Source: Patescibacteria group bacterium (GTDB lineage Bacteria; Patescibacteriota; Minisyncoccia; Moranbacterales; DUUL01). Taken from it: a stretch of DNA of 64,000 bases. The stretch lies in the NCBI GenBank assembly GCA_034658815.1, contig JAYEFY010000020.1, forward strand, positions 11,966 to 75,965, given 5' to 3'. The translations under genes were made by a program, and so were the position numbers. Positions 49,738 to 59,237 of the stretch are shown here, piece after piece; within the stretch, counting starts at the first letter, position 1; each line of letters opens with the position of its first letter. The notes beneath the pieces were generated by a model. The model was not told where the DNA came from. It made no database searches and was given only the letters and a program-made list of their open reading frames with translations.

Positions 49738-50838
49738 TTACCGCGGCCATGTATACACTGAAAAAACCCAGCCAAACAAATTCTTCATGTCATCCCAACG
49801 ATAGTTATCGTCAAGTAAAACAGCGATAACCTTACGATTTTTATCATTAGGATGATGAGCAACTGACATAAGAGATTTTCCGGCCTCATAAGTAAATCCT
49901 GTTTTCCCTCCTAAACAATTCGGGAGCTGCTCAAGAAGAACGTCGGTATTGAATACATGATGGGTATAAAGTCCGTCTTGAGAACAAAAATCTTTTTCTT
50001 TCATCTTCATCGCGTTCCAAATCTTATCATATCGCAGTGAATACGCCGCTACACGAGCAATATCATATGCCGTTGAATAACAAGTACCCGGATTGTCTTC
50101 ATCATCCAGTCCTGAAGGATTACAAAAATGAGTATCCTTTAATCCAAGTTCATTGGCCTTGTCATTCATCATGTCCGCAAATTTCTCCTGGCTTCCGGCA
50201 ATATGCCTGCCAAGCATAACTGCCGCGTCATTCGCACTATTCATAAGCATTGCCTCAAAAAGATGCTTCGCCAGCACTTTTTCTCCAACTTGTAATCGCG
50301 TTGATACGCAATAACCGCTTCTCGGACATCCCACTTTTGTTCCATCCACCAAAATACTCTCCTGATCCATTGTAACGACCTCGCTTTCAAGATCATCGAT
50401 CTTTTCAACAACCAGAATTGCAGTCATGATCTTCGTCAAAGAAGCAATCGCCGCCTTGCGCTTACCGTCCTGGTAATGAAGAATTGTTCCAGAGTTCGCG
50501 TCAATCGCAATAGCGCTTCTGGCGCGTACATACATGTCTCCAGGCGAGCTTTCCTTCTTTATCGGCGCATCGGGTTTGACTTTGTAGAGTTCTCCCGATA
50601 TTGAATTCTTTGCAGCTGTCATTTGTTTTATATCTTCCTTTGTTTGTGTCTTTGTATTGGCCGCTGCTTTTTTTCCTTCAAACGCGCCTTCAACATGAAT
50701 GCTATCTTCATTTTTCGTGAAATCTTTAGCACTGATAAAATTCGGCAACAGATAATACCATACGGTGATCGAACAGATAATGGAAAGAATACTTAGATAA
50801 TTTATCCAATTATAGTTTTTTATCTTCCGTGTTTTCAT
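49738..50838 (-). CDS. dacA: Serine-type D-Ala-D-Ala carboxypeptidase (PBP5/6-like, S11)
   Basis: 366 aa. SxxK (ASLTKIMT), SxN (NSAND), KTG (KTGFT). N-terminal TM. The gene symbol is only family-level. Confidence 0.8.
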   Translation of the reverse strand: MKTRKIKNYNWINYLSILSIICSITVWYYLLPNFISAKDFTKNEDSIHVEGAFEGKKAAANTKTQTKEDIKQMTAAKNSISGELYKVKPDAPIKKESSPGDMYVRARSAIAIDANSGTILHYQDGKRKAAIASLTKIMTAILVVEKIDDLESEVVTMDQESILVDGTKVGCPRSGYCVSTRLQVGEKVLAKHLFEAMLMNSANDAAVMLGRHIAGSQEKFADMMNDKANELGLKDTHFCNPSGLDDEDNPGTCYSTAYDIARVAAYSLRYDKIWNAMKMKEKDFCSQDGLYTHHVFNTDVLLEQLPNCLGGKTGFTYEAGKSLMSVAHHPNDKNRKVIAVLLDDNYRWDDMKNLFGWVFSVYTWPR

Positions 50839-51400
50839 GATTTTTTAGTATTTGGTTTGTTTCAGATCGAGGAACTTGCGGAATGGTATGCGAGTGAAGA
50901 ATATTATAGTCCGGCAGTTCCCGTACAGACTTAAGCCCTGAATTTTTTAAAAAGTCATAGCTCACTTCATACAGATATGCTCTGCTATCCGTGGGGCTCT
51001 CCCCACGATCAATTACTCCGCGAATAGCCAAATTTCTTAATGTAAAACTGCAATTCACTCCTCTGATATGTTCTATCTGCATTCTGGTTACCGGACCTCT
51101 GTACGCGATAACCGACAACACTTCCAGCGCCGCTTGTGACAATGGCTCATGAAGCTTTTTGTTTAGAAACTTGGCAACAGTTTCTCCGTATTGGGGCGCT
51201 GACACTAGCTGAATTGTATTGCCTTTTCTAAAAATTTGCAACCCCCTCTTTTGGCTTTGAAAATTGGCTTCCAGTCCTAAAATTTCTTTTTCGATGTCTT
51301 TATTTGAAACCTTTAAAAAAGATGCCAATTTGCGGATCTCTATCGGTTCTCCGGCTGCAAATAAGATCGCTTCTATTTGTGATTGGATATTATTTTTCAT
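50810..51400 (-). CDS. scpB: Segregation and condensation protein B
   Basis: 196 aa. Winged-helix pair (...IEAILFAAGEPIEIRKLASFL..., ...LEVLSVIAYRGPVTRMQIEHIRGV...). Confidence 0.85.
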   Translation of the reverse strand: MKNNIQSQIEAILFAAGEPIEIRKLASFLKVSNKDIEKEILGLEANFQSQKRGLQIFRKGNTIQLVSAPQYGETVAKFLNKKLHEPLSQAALEVLSVIAYRGPVTRMQIEHIRGVNCSFTLRNLAIRGVIDRGESPTDSRAYLYEVSYDFLKNSGLKSVRELPDYNILHSHTIPQVPRSETNQILKNHENTEDKKL

Positions 51401-52253
51401 ATAATATTTCTTTTATAAAACTATTTTTAAATCTCTTTACTTTTTTGATATTATTACTGTTAAGACATTTCATCTTCTTAAGCCAGACAGCTTCATTTTT
51501 TTTGCATGAATATAGAAATTTGACTTTTTGTCTTATGCTCCATGACCTTTGCCCAAAATGATGAACGTAAGCTTTTTTGACCCACACTGCTTTATGGCCC
51601 AAAAAATCGGCACGGCTATTGTAATCCGATTCTTCGTAAGTGCCTAATCCGTAAATTTCATCAAAATATCCTATTCTCTTTATTGCTTCCTTTTTGATAA
51701 AAAAGCAAAATCCTTGTATTTGAGAATTGGTTTCCCTCTGGGATAATTCTAATATGTTATTCCTGAACCTTTTTTCAATACTTTCACCTTTTTTTAATAT
51801 TTCTTTTTCAGAGATAAATCTTTCTTTCGAAAATTCGTAAATCTCTTGGTTGCTGTTTGCCTGGCTGGTTGTCGGACCGGCTATTATGATTTTATTATCA
51901 GAGTTCATAAGTTTAACTATTCTCTCAAACGCGTTAGGGCAAACATAAGTATCACTATTTAGAATACAGATAATTTTTTCTTTGCTATTGTTTAAAATAA
52001 TATTGGCATTATGCGGAAAGCCCATATTGTTATTATTTCTAATAAAAACAACTTTCAAAATATTTTTTGGTTTTTGTTTAGAAATAAATGCTTCTACTTC
52101 GGTCTTTATATTCTCTTTACTGCAATCATCAACAATAATCAATTCCATTTCCAGTGAAACATTTTTAGCAAGACTTTTCAAGCATTGTCTCAGATAGATT
52201 TTTTGACCATATACCGGAATTCCAACAGAAATAATATTTTTTCTCTTTAGCAT
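51390..52253 (-). CDS. Glycosyltransferase family 2
   Basis: 287 aa. ISVGIPVYGQ ... IIVDDCS ... GFPHNANI ... LNSDT. Overlaps scpB by 11 nt and lies 22 nt after scpA. Confidence 0.75.
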   Translation of the reverse strand: MLKRKNIISVGIPVYGQKIYLRQCLKSLAKNVSLEMELIIVDDCSKENIKTEVEAFISKQKPKNILKVVFIRNNNNMGFPHNANIILNNSKEKIICILNSDTYVCPNAFERIVKLMNSDNKIIIAGPTTSQANSNQEIYEFSKERFISEKEILKKGESIEKRFRNNILELSQRETNSQIQGFCFFIKKEAIKRIGYFDEIYGLGTYEESDYNSRADFLGHKAVWVKKAYVHHFGQRSWSIRQKVKFLYSCKKNEAVWLKKMKCLNSNNIKKVKRFKNSFIKEILYEK

Positions 52254-52275
52254 GACTGGCGCTTATTGTTTAAGG

Positions 52276-52980
52276 TCATCTCTTTTCAATTATTATTTCC
52301 CCAAGCAATTTTTCTTGTTTAACGCTTATAATCTGCTGTTTCATCATCTCCAACATTGCCAAAAAAGTAACTATGACTTCTATCTTATCCGATGCGTGAG
52401 AAATGGTTTCTTGAAAAGCAACTTTCATTCTTCTTTCTATCGACTGGCCAAGCTGTATGATTTTTTCTTCAATACTGATAACATCTTCTATAACCTGCCG
52501 GGAAATTTCTTCTTTAGAAGGCACATTCTGAAGAATCTTTGTAAACAGCAAATATAGTTCTTTTGATGTAATTTTTTGCGAAATAAGCGGCATATTTCTA
52601 AATTGCTCTTCTTTTTTAGAAAATGATATTTGATTGTTTTTTAATAAGCCACTGATATCAGTGGCAGCCTTTTTAAACCGCTGATACTCTTTTAACCGCT
52701 CTTCAAGATCCCTTATGTCATCCTCTTCTTCTTTTGTAAACTCAAATAATGGCAAAAGGGCCTTTGATTTCAATAAAATAAGCTGGGAGGCAACCATTAA
52801 AAACTCGCTCAAATTTGATAAATTGACGAACTTCTGCGATTCAATAAAAGTGAGATAGCTGTCGGTAACTTCAACAAGTGAAAGCTGCGTTATATCAAGC
52901 TTTTGTTTTTCAATAAGCTCAAGCAAAAGGCAAAGAGGCCCTTCAAAGTGTTGATTTTTTACCCTAAAGTCGCTTGACAC
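52276..52980 (-). CDS. scpA: Segregation and condensation protein A
   Basis: 234 aa. ...FEGPLCLLLELIEKQKLDITQLSLVEVTDSYL... Confidence 0.85.
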   Translation of the reverse strand: MSSDFRVKNQHFEGPLCLLLELIEKQKLDITQLSLVEVTDSYLTFIESQKFVNLSNLSEFLMVASQLILLKSKALLPLFEFTKEEEDDIRDLEERLKEYQRFKKAATDISGLLKNNQISFSKKEEQFRNMPLISQKITSKELYLLFTKILQNVPSKEEISRQVIEDVISIEEKIIQLGQSIERRMKVAFQETISHASDKIEVIVTFLAMLEMMKQQIISVKQEKLLGEIIIEKR

Positions 52981-53024
52981 TGTCTAATTTTCTTAAAAAA
53001 ATTATAGAAACAACTCTCGTCGTC

Positions 53025-53588
53025 TTATTTCTTCCCGGCTTTCGTTTTTGTAAAGCTGCCCTTGATCAAATCCGTTTCAAGTTTTTCGTACCTTTTCGGA
53101 GTCATTTTTACCGACAATTCATACTCGCCAGATCCAAGATAAAGATATTTTTGCCTAAGCAATAACTTGTCAACAAATATCAAAAGTTTCGTAAATTTCG
53201 AGAAAGGAGGCACAGCCCCGACTTTTCCTTGTACATTCTTTCTCATCCATACTTCTTTAGCCAGTTCGACTTTTTTATAAACTTTCATTTTTTTCGCTGT
53301 CTTCGGATCGCTTTTTTCAAGTTTCTTTCTTTCCTTTTTAATCCAATCATTGATAGCTTTTTTGAATTTTACTTTATCCAGATCTTTATTTGAAGAAAGA
53401 AGCGCCAAAATATAGTCTTTGTCAACTTTCAAAACAAGCGCTTTTACTATTTCAGCCGGCTCGACCTTCGTTTTGGCTGTTGTAGCCGCTTTATCGTGAG
53501 CCGTGTACGTTGTTTTATGTTCAACAATCTCATATTTTACATTCGCTTCATCGAGAATTTTCTCCAGTTTTTTTGATATTTTTGGCAT
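53025..53588 (-). CDS. YbaK/ProX-like aminoacyl-tRNA trans-editing (deacylase) domain protein with lysine-rich insertion
   Basis: 187 aa. Block-wise similarity to YbaK (LEKILDEANVKYEIVEH; VKALVLKVDKDYILAL; GKVGAVPPF; YLYLGSGEYELSV). About 25-aa K-rich insert. Confidence 0.55.
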   Translation of the reverse strand: MPKISKKLEKILDEANVKYEIVEHKTTYTAHDKAATTAKTKVEPAEIVKALVLKVDKDYILALLSSNKDLDKVKFKKAINDWIKKERKKLEKSDPKTAKKMKVYKKVELAKEVWMRKNVQGKVGAVPPFSKFTKLLIFVDKLLLRQKYLYLGSGEYELSVKMTPKRYEKLETDLIKGSFTKTKAGKK

Positions 53589-53668
53589 GGTTTTAATGTT
53601 ACTGATAATAGTCCAATAATAAAATTATATATTCAGAGAAATATTATATCACACATGCTTATATATTT

Positions 53669-54835
53669 CTATTTTGTATCATTAAGGCGGAAAACAGGAG
53701 CTAGCGCCGTAAAGATCAAAACGGCAAGCATAAGAAAAAGCATTTGCAAGGGAAGAACAATTAGAAAAAAGCTAAAAAACGCCATTCCAAAAATAAAAGC
53801 TAAGCTTTTTGTTGTCCTGAAATAATCAATAAATCCAATATCCCGCGGATCAACTTTCTTATAGAAATAAGTATCTCTCATTACCTGGATAATTGACGCG
53901 CCAATGCGGGTAATAAATAAAATTACCATCCAAAATATAAGATTTGTACTTGAAATAAAGCTGATCGCTCCTGTCGATAAAGACATAATAATGATCCCGA
54001 TAATTAGCCATTCTTTTTCTCCTGTCCGTGTATCGGCAATAATGCCAAGCGGAATTTGAATGATCACAAACGGGATAAGCATAACCGTGATTATTTTCCC
54101 GATATCAAGCCACGAAAAGCCAATACTCAAAAGATATAACGGAGTAAATACAGACATCACGCAATAAAAAAGTTCAAGTATGAGAGATGCGTAAAAAATT
54201 CTCAAGAGATTTTTCCGTTTTAACATCTTTTTCAAAACAACGCGCGCACTACAACTTTTTCTTGCAGAATGGTTAATATTTCCATAACTGCCGTAAATGA
54301 TCGCGGCGGCAACCGCGGTTATTAATGAAGCTAAAATAAACACCGGACCGAAACCAAAGTTTTCCACTGTCCACGCGGCAAGAAACGGTCCGAAAAGAAA
54401 TCCCAGATCCATGAAAGTAAGGCTTGTTCCCCTTACTTTCCCTGTTATACTGTTCCGGGTGAAACTTTCAATGAGAACGTCAAGACTAGCCCAAATAAGC
54501 GCGTCACCCACAAGAGACCATACCGCAAAAATAATTACAAAAATATTATGGGAGAAGACTCCCATTGCCAGCAACGTAAGCATTTTCACGATCATAAAGA
54601 GCAGTAACGTTCTTGATTTTCCGTGCCTCTTTATTAAATGGTGAAGATTGATGAGAATATAAAAAGAAGCCGCGTAAGCAATGAAATAGAAAATCCCAAC
54701 ATTTTCCGTTCCGGTAAGTTCTTTGATGAAACTCGAAAGAACATAGATTACCAAGGACAGTTGAAATCCCAACAGAAAAACAACGGTACTCAATAAATAT
54801 AATTTTTGTTTTCTCTTCCTTTTCTTTTTTTTCAT
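53669..54835 (-). CDS. MFS transporter (12 TM)
   Basis: ORF 53669-54871. Start at the Met at 54835 (MKKKKRKRKQKLYLL...). Two 6-TM halves. Confidence 0.7.
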   Translation of the reverse strand: MKKKKRKRKQKLYLLSTVVFLLGFQLSLVIYVLSSFIKELTGTENVGIFYFIAYAASFYILINLHHLIKRHGKSRTLLLFMIVKMLTLLAMGVFSHNIFVIIFAVWSLVGDALIWASLDVLIESFTRNSITGKVRGTSLTFMDLGFLFGPFLAAWTVENFGFGPVFILASLITAVAAAIIYGSYGNINHSARKSCSARVVLKKMLKRKNLLRIFYASLILELFYCVMSVFTPLYLLSIGFSWLDIGKIITVMLIPFVIIQIPLGIIADTRTGEKEWLIIGIIIMSLSTGAISFISSTNLIFWMVILFITRIGASIIQVMRDTYFYKKVDPRDIGFIDYFRTTKSLAFIFGMAFFSFFLIVLPLQMLFLMLAVLIFTALAPVFRLNDTK

Positions 54836-54958
54836 GGCAAGGAAAGTGAAGCTCCGCGTACTCACGCACACGGTATTTTTTATTTCTTAGCCGGAGCAAA
54901 ATCCCGAACTGTCCGCCTCTGGCGGACTGGCACATGGGCGAATTAAGCGTACGGCTCA

Positions 54959-56815
54959 CTACTTTATTTTTAAATGAAGTTCGTCAAGCTGTTCTTTTTC
55001 GACTTCGCTTGGAGTGCCTATCATCAAATCCCTTCCGTCGCCTGTCTTCGGAAACGCCATCACGTCACGAATACTTGATTTATTCATTAATACCATGAGC
55101 ATTCTGTCTATTCCCGGAGCAATACCCCCATGCGGAGGAGCGCCATATTCAAATGCTCTTAAAAAATGTTTGAATTGCTTTTTTCTTCTTTCATTAAAGC
55201 CAATAAGATCAAATATTTTTTCTTGAGTTTTTCTATTATGGATCCTGATGCTTCCTCCCCCAACCTCAAACCCATTGGCAACGATATCATACTGATGCGA
55301 CCGAGCTTTACCCGGATCAGCATCAAGCAATTCCAAGTCTTCATCTTTTGGGGCTGTAAACATATGATGAGAAGGCATATAATGTCCGTTTTCAAGCGTT
55401 TCTTCAAATAAGGGAAAGCCGACTATAAATGCTAATGCAATAAGGTTCTCGTCAATCAAATTTAATTTCTGTCCCAGCTTGATCCTAAGATTTCCCAAAC
55501 TTTCGCAAACAATTTCCTTAGTATCAGCTCCGAAGAAAATAATGTCCCCTTCTTTCGCTTCCATTTCTCTGACGATCTTTTTTGCCAGTTCGTTTCCAAG
55601 AAACTTCACGATCGGTGATCTTAAGCCGTCTTTTTCTATGATCATATAAGCCAATCCTTTGGCTCCAAATTTTTTGACATACTCGGTCAGTTCATCAATT
55701 TGGGATCTGCTCAATTTTAAGGCGGATTTTGGAGCACATAACGCTCTCACAACATTTCCACGCTCAACAGCATCCGCAAATACTTTGAATCCGCACCCTT
55801 TTACAAGTGAAGTTAGGTCTTTTATTTCCATGTTGAATCTCAAATCAGGTTTGTCAACTCCGTATTTTAGCATTACTTCATCGTAATTTAAACGGAGCCA
55901 TGGCTTAGCAAGAAATTTTTTGTCGGGAAACACACTCTCAATCGCTTTTGTGAAGATATCCTCGGTGAGTTTTAAAATATCATCTTGCTCTACAAAGGAC
56001 ATTTCCAAATCCAACTGAGTGAATTCAGGCTGTCTGTCGCCGCGAGTATCCTCGTCACGAAAACATTTCGCAATTTGATAATACTTATCCACCCCGGAAA
56101 GCATAAGCAATTGCTTATATTGCTGAGGCGACTGCGGAAGAGCGTAAAATTTTCCGGCTTGCAAGCGAGAAGGAACCAGAAAATCACGGGCTCCTTCAGG
56201 AGTACTTTTAGTCAGAACCGGTGTTTCAATTTCAATGAATTCTTTTTCGTTCAGATAAGAGCGCAAAAAAGAAATAAATTCATGCCGCTTTATTAAAGTT
56301 TCAACTGAACTCCTTCTGCGCAGATCTATATATCTGTATTCCATTCTAAGTTCTTCTCTGATTTCACTGATCTTTTCTTCTTCCAATTCAAATGGAGGCG
56401 TTTTTGCCCTGCTCAACACTTCCAGTTCGTCCGCATCAATTTCAATTTCACCTGAGTTGAGTTTTTTATTGATCATATCATCCGGTCTTTTGACAACCGA
56501 CCCCTTGGCCTTTATAACCCATTCACACCTTAACTCATTGGCCTGTTCCCAGACTTTTTTATTTGATTTCGGATCAAAACGCAGCTGCGTGATCCCGTAC
56601 CTATCACGCAGATCAATAAATATTATCCCTCCATGGTCCCGCCGCGAGTGAACCCATCCCGCGAGCGTTACGGACGTTCCGATGTTATGAATATCAATAT
56701 CGTTGCAAGTATGTGTTCTCAGCATGCGCTTACTATCAACAATTAATTGGTTAATTACCTTGAACTGCCTTGTGGGTTCAATGGCTCCTGCCTTGAACCA
56801 TTTTAAATCTTCCAC
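54959..56815 (-). CDS. aspS: Aspartyl-tRNA synthetase, bacterial type
   Basis: 618 aa. OB anticodon-binding domain. Class II motifs (FRDEDTRGDRQPEFTQLD; GGGSIRIH; GAPPHGGIAPGIDR). GAD insertion present. Confidence 0.95.
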   Translation of the reverse strand: MEDLKWFKAGAIEPTRQFKVINQLIVDSKRMLRTHTCNDIDIHNIGTSVTLAGWVHSRRDHGGIIFIDLRDRYGITQLRFDPKSNKKVWEQANELRCEWVIKAKGSVVKRPDDMINKKLNSGEIEIDADELEVLSRAKTPPFELEEEKISEIREELRMEYRYIDLRRRSSVETLIKRHEFISFLRSYLNEKEFIEIETPVLTKSTPEGARDFLVPSRLQAGKFYALPQSPQQYKQLLMLSGVDKYYQIAKCFRDEDTRGDRQPEFTQLDLEMSFVEQDDILKLTEDIFTKAIESVFPDKKFLAKPWLRLNYDEVMLKYGVDKPDLRFNMEIKDLTSLVKGCGFKVFADAVERGNVVRALCAPKSALKLSRSQIDELTEYVKKFGAKGLAYMIIEKDGLRSPIVKFLGNELAKKIVREMEAKEGDIIFFGADTKEIVCESLGNLRIKLGQKLNLIDENLIALAFIVGFPLFEETLENGHYMPSHHMFTAPKDEDLELLDADPGKARSHQYDIVANGFEVGGGSIRIHNRKTQEKIFDLIGFNERRKKQFKHFLRAFEYGAPPHGGIAPGIDRMLMVLMNKSSIRDVMAFPKTGDGRDLMIGTPSEVEKEQLDELHLKIK

Positions 56816-56839
56816 TTAAACAATCATAATTGCGTTTCT

Positions 56840-57220
56840 CTATTTCTTGGCTTTATTCAACAACACTTTTCCAACTTCTTCGATTATTTCTCTCGGGGTA
56901 TAATCAGATTTTGTTATGAATCCGTCAGCGCTAAGCTCGGTCGCTTTTTGTTTATTTTCTACTTGAGATAAATTGGAAAAAATGATAACTTTGATATCTT
57001 TAGTGCGAGGACTTTGCTTGATCTTCTTGAGAACCTCAAATCCATCCTCTTCCGGCAACACGAGATCAAGAAGCACCAATTCCGGCTTTTCTATTCTGAT
57101 CTTCTGAAGAGCTTCTATTCCTGTTGATGCCGTTAAAATATCGTATTTATAATCTAAAAACTTTTTCTGATAAATTTCAAGCAACATTGGATCGTCTTCT
57201 ACGATCAAAATTTTCTTCAT
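56840..57220 (-). CDS. Stand-alone response-regulator receiver domain (CheY-like)
   Basis: 126 aa. ILIVEDD ... LVLLDLVLP (phospho-Asp) ... IIFSNL ... K. Confidence 0.85.
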   Translation of the reverse strand: MKKILIVEDDPMLLEIYQKKFLDYKYDILTASTGIEALQKIRIEKPELVLLDLVLPEEDGFEVLKKIKQSPRTKDIKVIIFSNLSQVENKQKATELSADGFITKSDYTPREIIEEVGKVLLNKAKK

Positions 57221-57383
57221 AGATCTAATTTAATAATTCCAGTTATCAAACACAAAGAGCAACAGGGCACATACCAACTAAAATGCCCATAAAAAAGGTC
57301 AAAATAACACTCTAAGTATACCTAAACATTTTTTTAAATGCAACTCGCTAAAACCTGTCCGGAAATTCTTTTCCCCGCTTATC

Positions 57384-57410
57384 ACCTGCCTGTTATACCT
57401 GCCCTGCCTC
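57384..57410. repeat. Short GC-rich CACCTGCCTGTTATACCTGCCCTGCCTC box
   Basis: CCTGCC units in AT-rich DNA between the response-regulator and CAP-domain genes. Confidence 0.5.
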
Positions 57411-57450
57411 TATTGGTAAGAAGCAGAACACGGAGTTTTCAAATAAATTA

Positions 57451-58308
57451 TTACCTCCATTTATCGCACTTCTCAATAAAGACGGCGCATTCGTTTAGGT
57501 AATCTTTTAATTCCCTCTTGATTCTTTTGAGTTTTTCGAGGTTTTTATATAAATCATGCAGATCTTCAGCGCTTGCACCGGCTTTTTTCGCCTTTTTGAT
57601 TATTTTTTCTTGTTCGCTAATTGCTTCTTTTGTCTCTTTTTTCTTTTTTTCAATATGTTCGCAGTTATTCTTTGATTCCAAATCACAAACTGTTATAGTT
57701 TTTAGATCTTCCTGTTTAAGCATGCTCCCAAAATGCTGGACTGACAAAAAGCTTTTTCTTCCTTCGTTTTCAATCTCAACAACAGCCACGCCAATATTCT
57801 CAAAGTCGGATGACAAAATATTTTTTCGATGGCCTTTACTGCCCATCCACGCGTCGTGAACGCTTTGGGCTGAAAAATAACCTTCCGCTAAATTTTCGCC
57901 GACAGTTTTATAGGTATAATTCGCCTGCTCAACAAAAAACCATGGTTGAAGACCATCGGGAGACACGTGTTCAAAATAATTATTATTTTTCATATCATTG
58001 GCTTTCAATAGCGCTGATTCCATCAACTTTTCGTTTCTTTGCAATAGAGATAAGCCCTTTTCTTTACGCGCTTCATTTGCTAAACTTATAATACCATCAA
58101 GCGTTCCAAAAAATTCAGTATTAGGCGTTTCGTTGGAATCCGCCGCTGGCTCTACGTTTCTTATTATCCCCGCACCGGGCAAGTTATCGATGCTGTTGCT
58201 TTGATCAACAGTACGAGGAATTTGAATATGCAGATCATAAAACTGAACTCCCGCGCAAACAAGAATGATCAACAAACTTAACAATATTAACCGCATAAGA
58301 TTTTTCAT
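57451..58308 (-). CDS. Secreted CAP/SCP (YkwD-like) domain protein with C-terminal K/E-rich coiled-coil extension
   Basis: 285 aa. Signal/TM. CAP core ...NNYFEHVSPDG ... GENLAEG ... AWMGSKGHRKNILSSDFENIGVAV ... Confidence 0.75.
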   Translation of the reverse strand: MKNLMRLILLSLLIILVCAGVQFYDLHIQIPRTVDQSNSIDNLPGAGIIRNVEPAADSNETPNTEFFGTLDGIISLANEARKEKGLSLLQRNEKLMESALLKANDMKNNNYFEHVSPDGLQPWFFVEQANYTYKTVGENLAEGYFSAQSVHDAWMGSKGHRKNILSSDFENIGVAVVEIENEGRKSFLSVQHFGSMLKQEDLKTITVCDLESKNNCEHIEKKKKETKEAISEQEKIIKKAKKAGASAEDLHDLYKNLEKLKRIKRELKDYLNECAVFIEKCDKWR

Positions 58309-58724
58309 TCTCCTGTTTTCATGTAATTAGTTGTAAGACCCGACAGCGTTGTTCGCACTTCTCTCTTTGCCATTCTGAGCGAAACGAGTGAGCATTTACG
58401 CGCTGGAGCGAGCTTGTAACTCGGTTCCTTAATTTTTGAGCATTTTTTGAAGAATTCGAAAAAGCGAATGAGCGGGACTCGGGATGGCAAAAGAGCGGCA
58501 ATATTGCAGGTAACGCTCTAATTTCTTACAAATTAGTTATGAAAAATTTCAGCATTATTTACGATTTTTGATCTTCTGTTATATAAAAGAAAGCCGGAAA
58601 TACTGTTATTCTCCGTAGATGTCTGCCATTTCATCTACAAAATCATAAACAGCGCTCAAGATTTTAACAAATCAGCCTGTACTCAGCTTATCACTTTAGC
58701 ATCACTCAATCAATAAAATTACCA

Positions 58725-59033
58725 ATGAAATTTAGAATTAACAATTCACTTTCTCATTCAATCCCGATAATAATAAGGAAATGCGGCTATTCGAGGATTT
58801 TCGATCATAAATCCCAAAAAGAAAGTTTTGTGCGACTGCTAACCGGAAATCGCTATCCCAGATTCCATTTGTATGTTTCAGAGGAAAATACTGAAATTAT
58901 CTTTGATCTGCATCTTGATCAAACCAGGTCAAGAATTGCAGGTCAAACCGCGCATCGGGCCGACTATGAAAGCGAAGAAGTTCGCGATGAGCTTACAAGA
59001 ATTTATTTATGCGTCCAGCGTTATATTAAATAA
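58725..59033 (+). CDS. Hypothetical protein (102 aa), no recognisable family
   Basis: Only an ORF with a following terminator. No clear RBS. Confidence 0.35.
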   Translation: MKFRINNSLSHSIPIIIRKCGYSRIFDHKSQKESFVRLLTGNRYPRFHLYVSEENTEIIFDLHLDQTRSRIAGQTAHRADYESEEVRDELTRIYLCVQRYIK

Positions 59034-59092
59034 TGGGATCGTTTCCAAACTAATTTGGAAACAGTTGCTTATATCTAAAATTAAGAACAAAA

Positions 59093-59127
59093 CAGACCCG
59101 GAAAATGAGATCCGGGTCTGTTTTTTA
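59093..59127. terminator. Bidirectional rho-independent terminator
   Basis: CAGACCCGG-(10)-CCGGGTCTG followed by TTTTTT. Lies between convergent genes. Confidence 0.75.
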
Positions 59128-59237
59128 TAACTATAAAAATTGTCAATATTTTCAGTTACCAGTAAAAGCCGCTTTATCAATTGGAACACTAAAACCGCCT
59201 TTGTGCTTAAATTGTGTTTTCATTTATTGGTGATTAA

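Noticed and set aside
58305-58501. ORFs 58305-58490 and 58319-58501 (-)
   Set aside because: They are short and overlapping, and lie in the non-coding gap upstream of the CAP-domain gene. They have no RBS and no recognisable domain.
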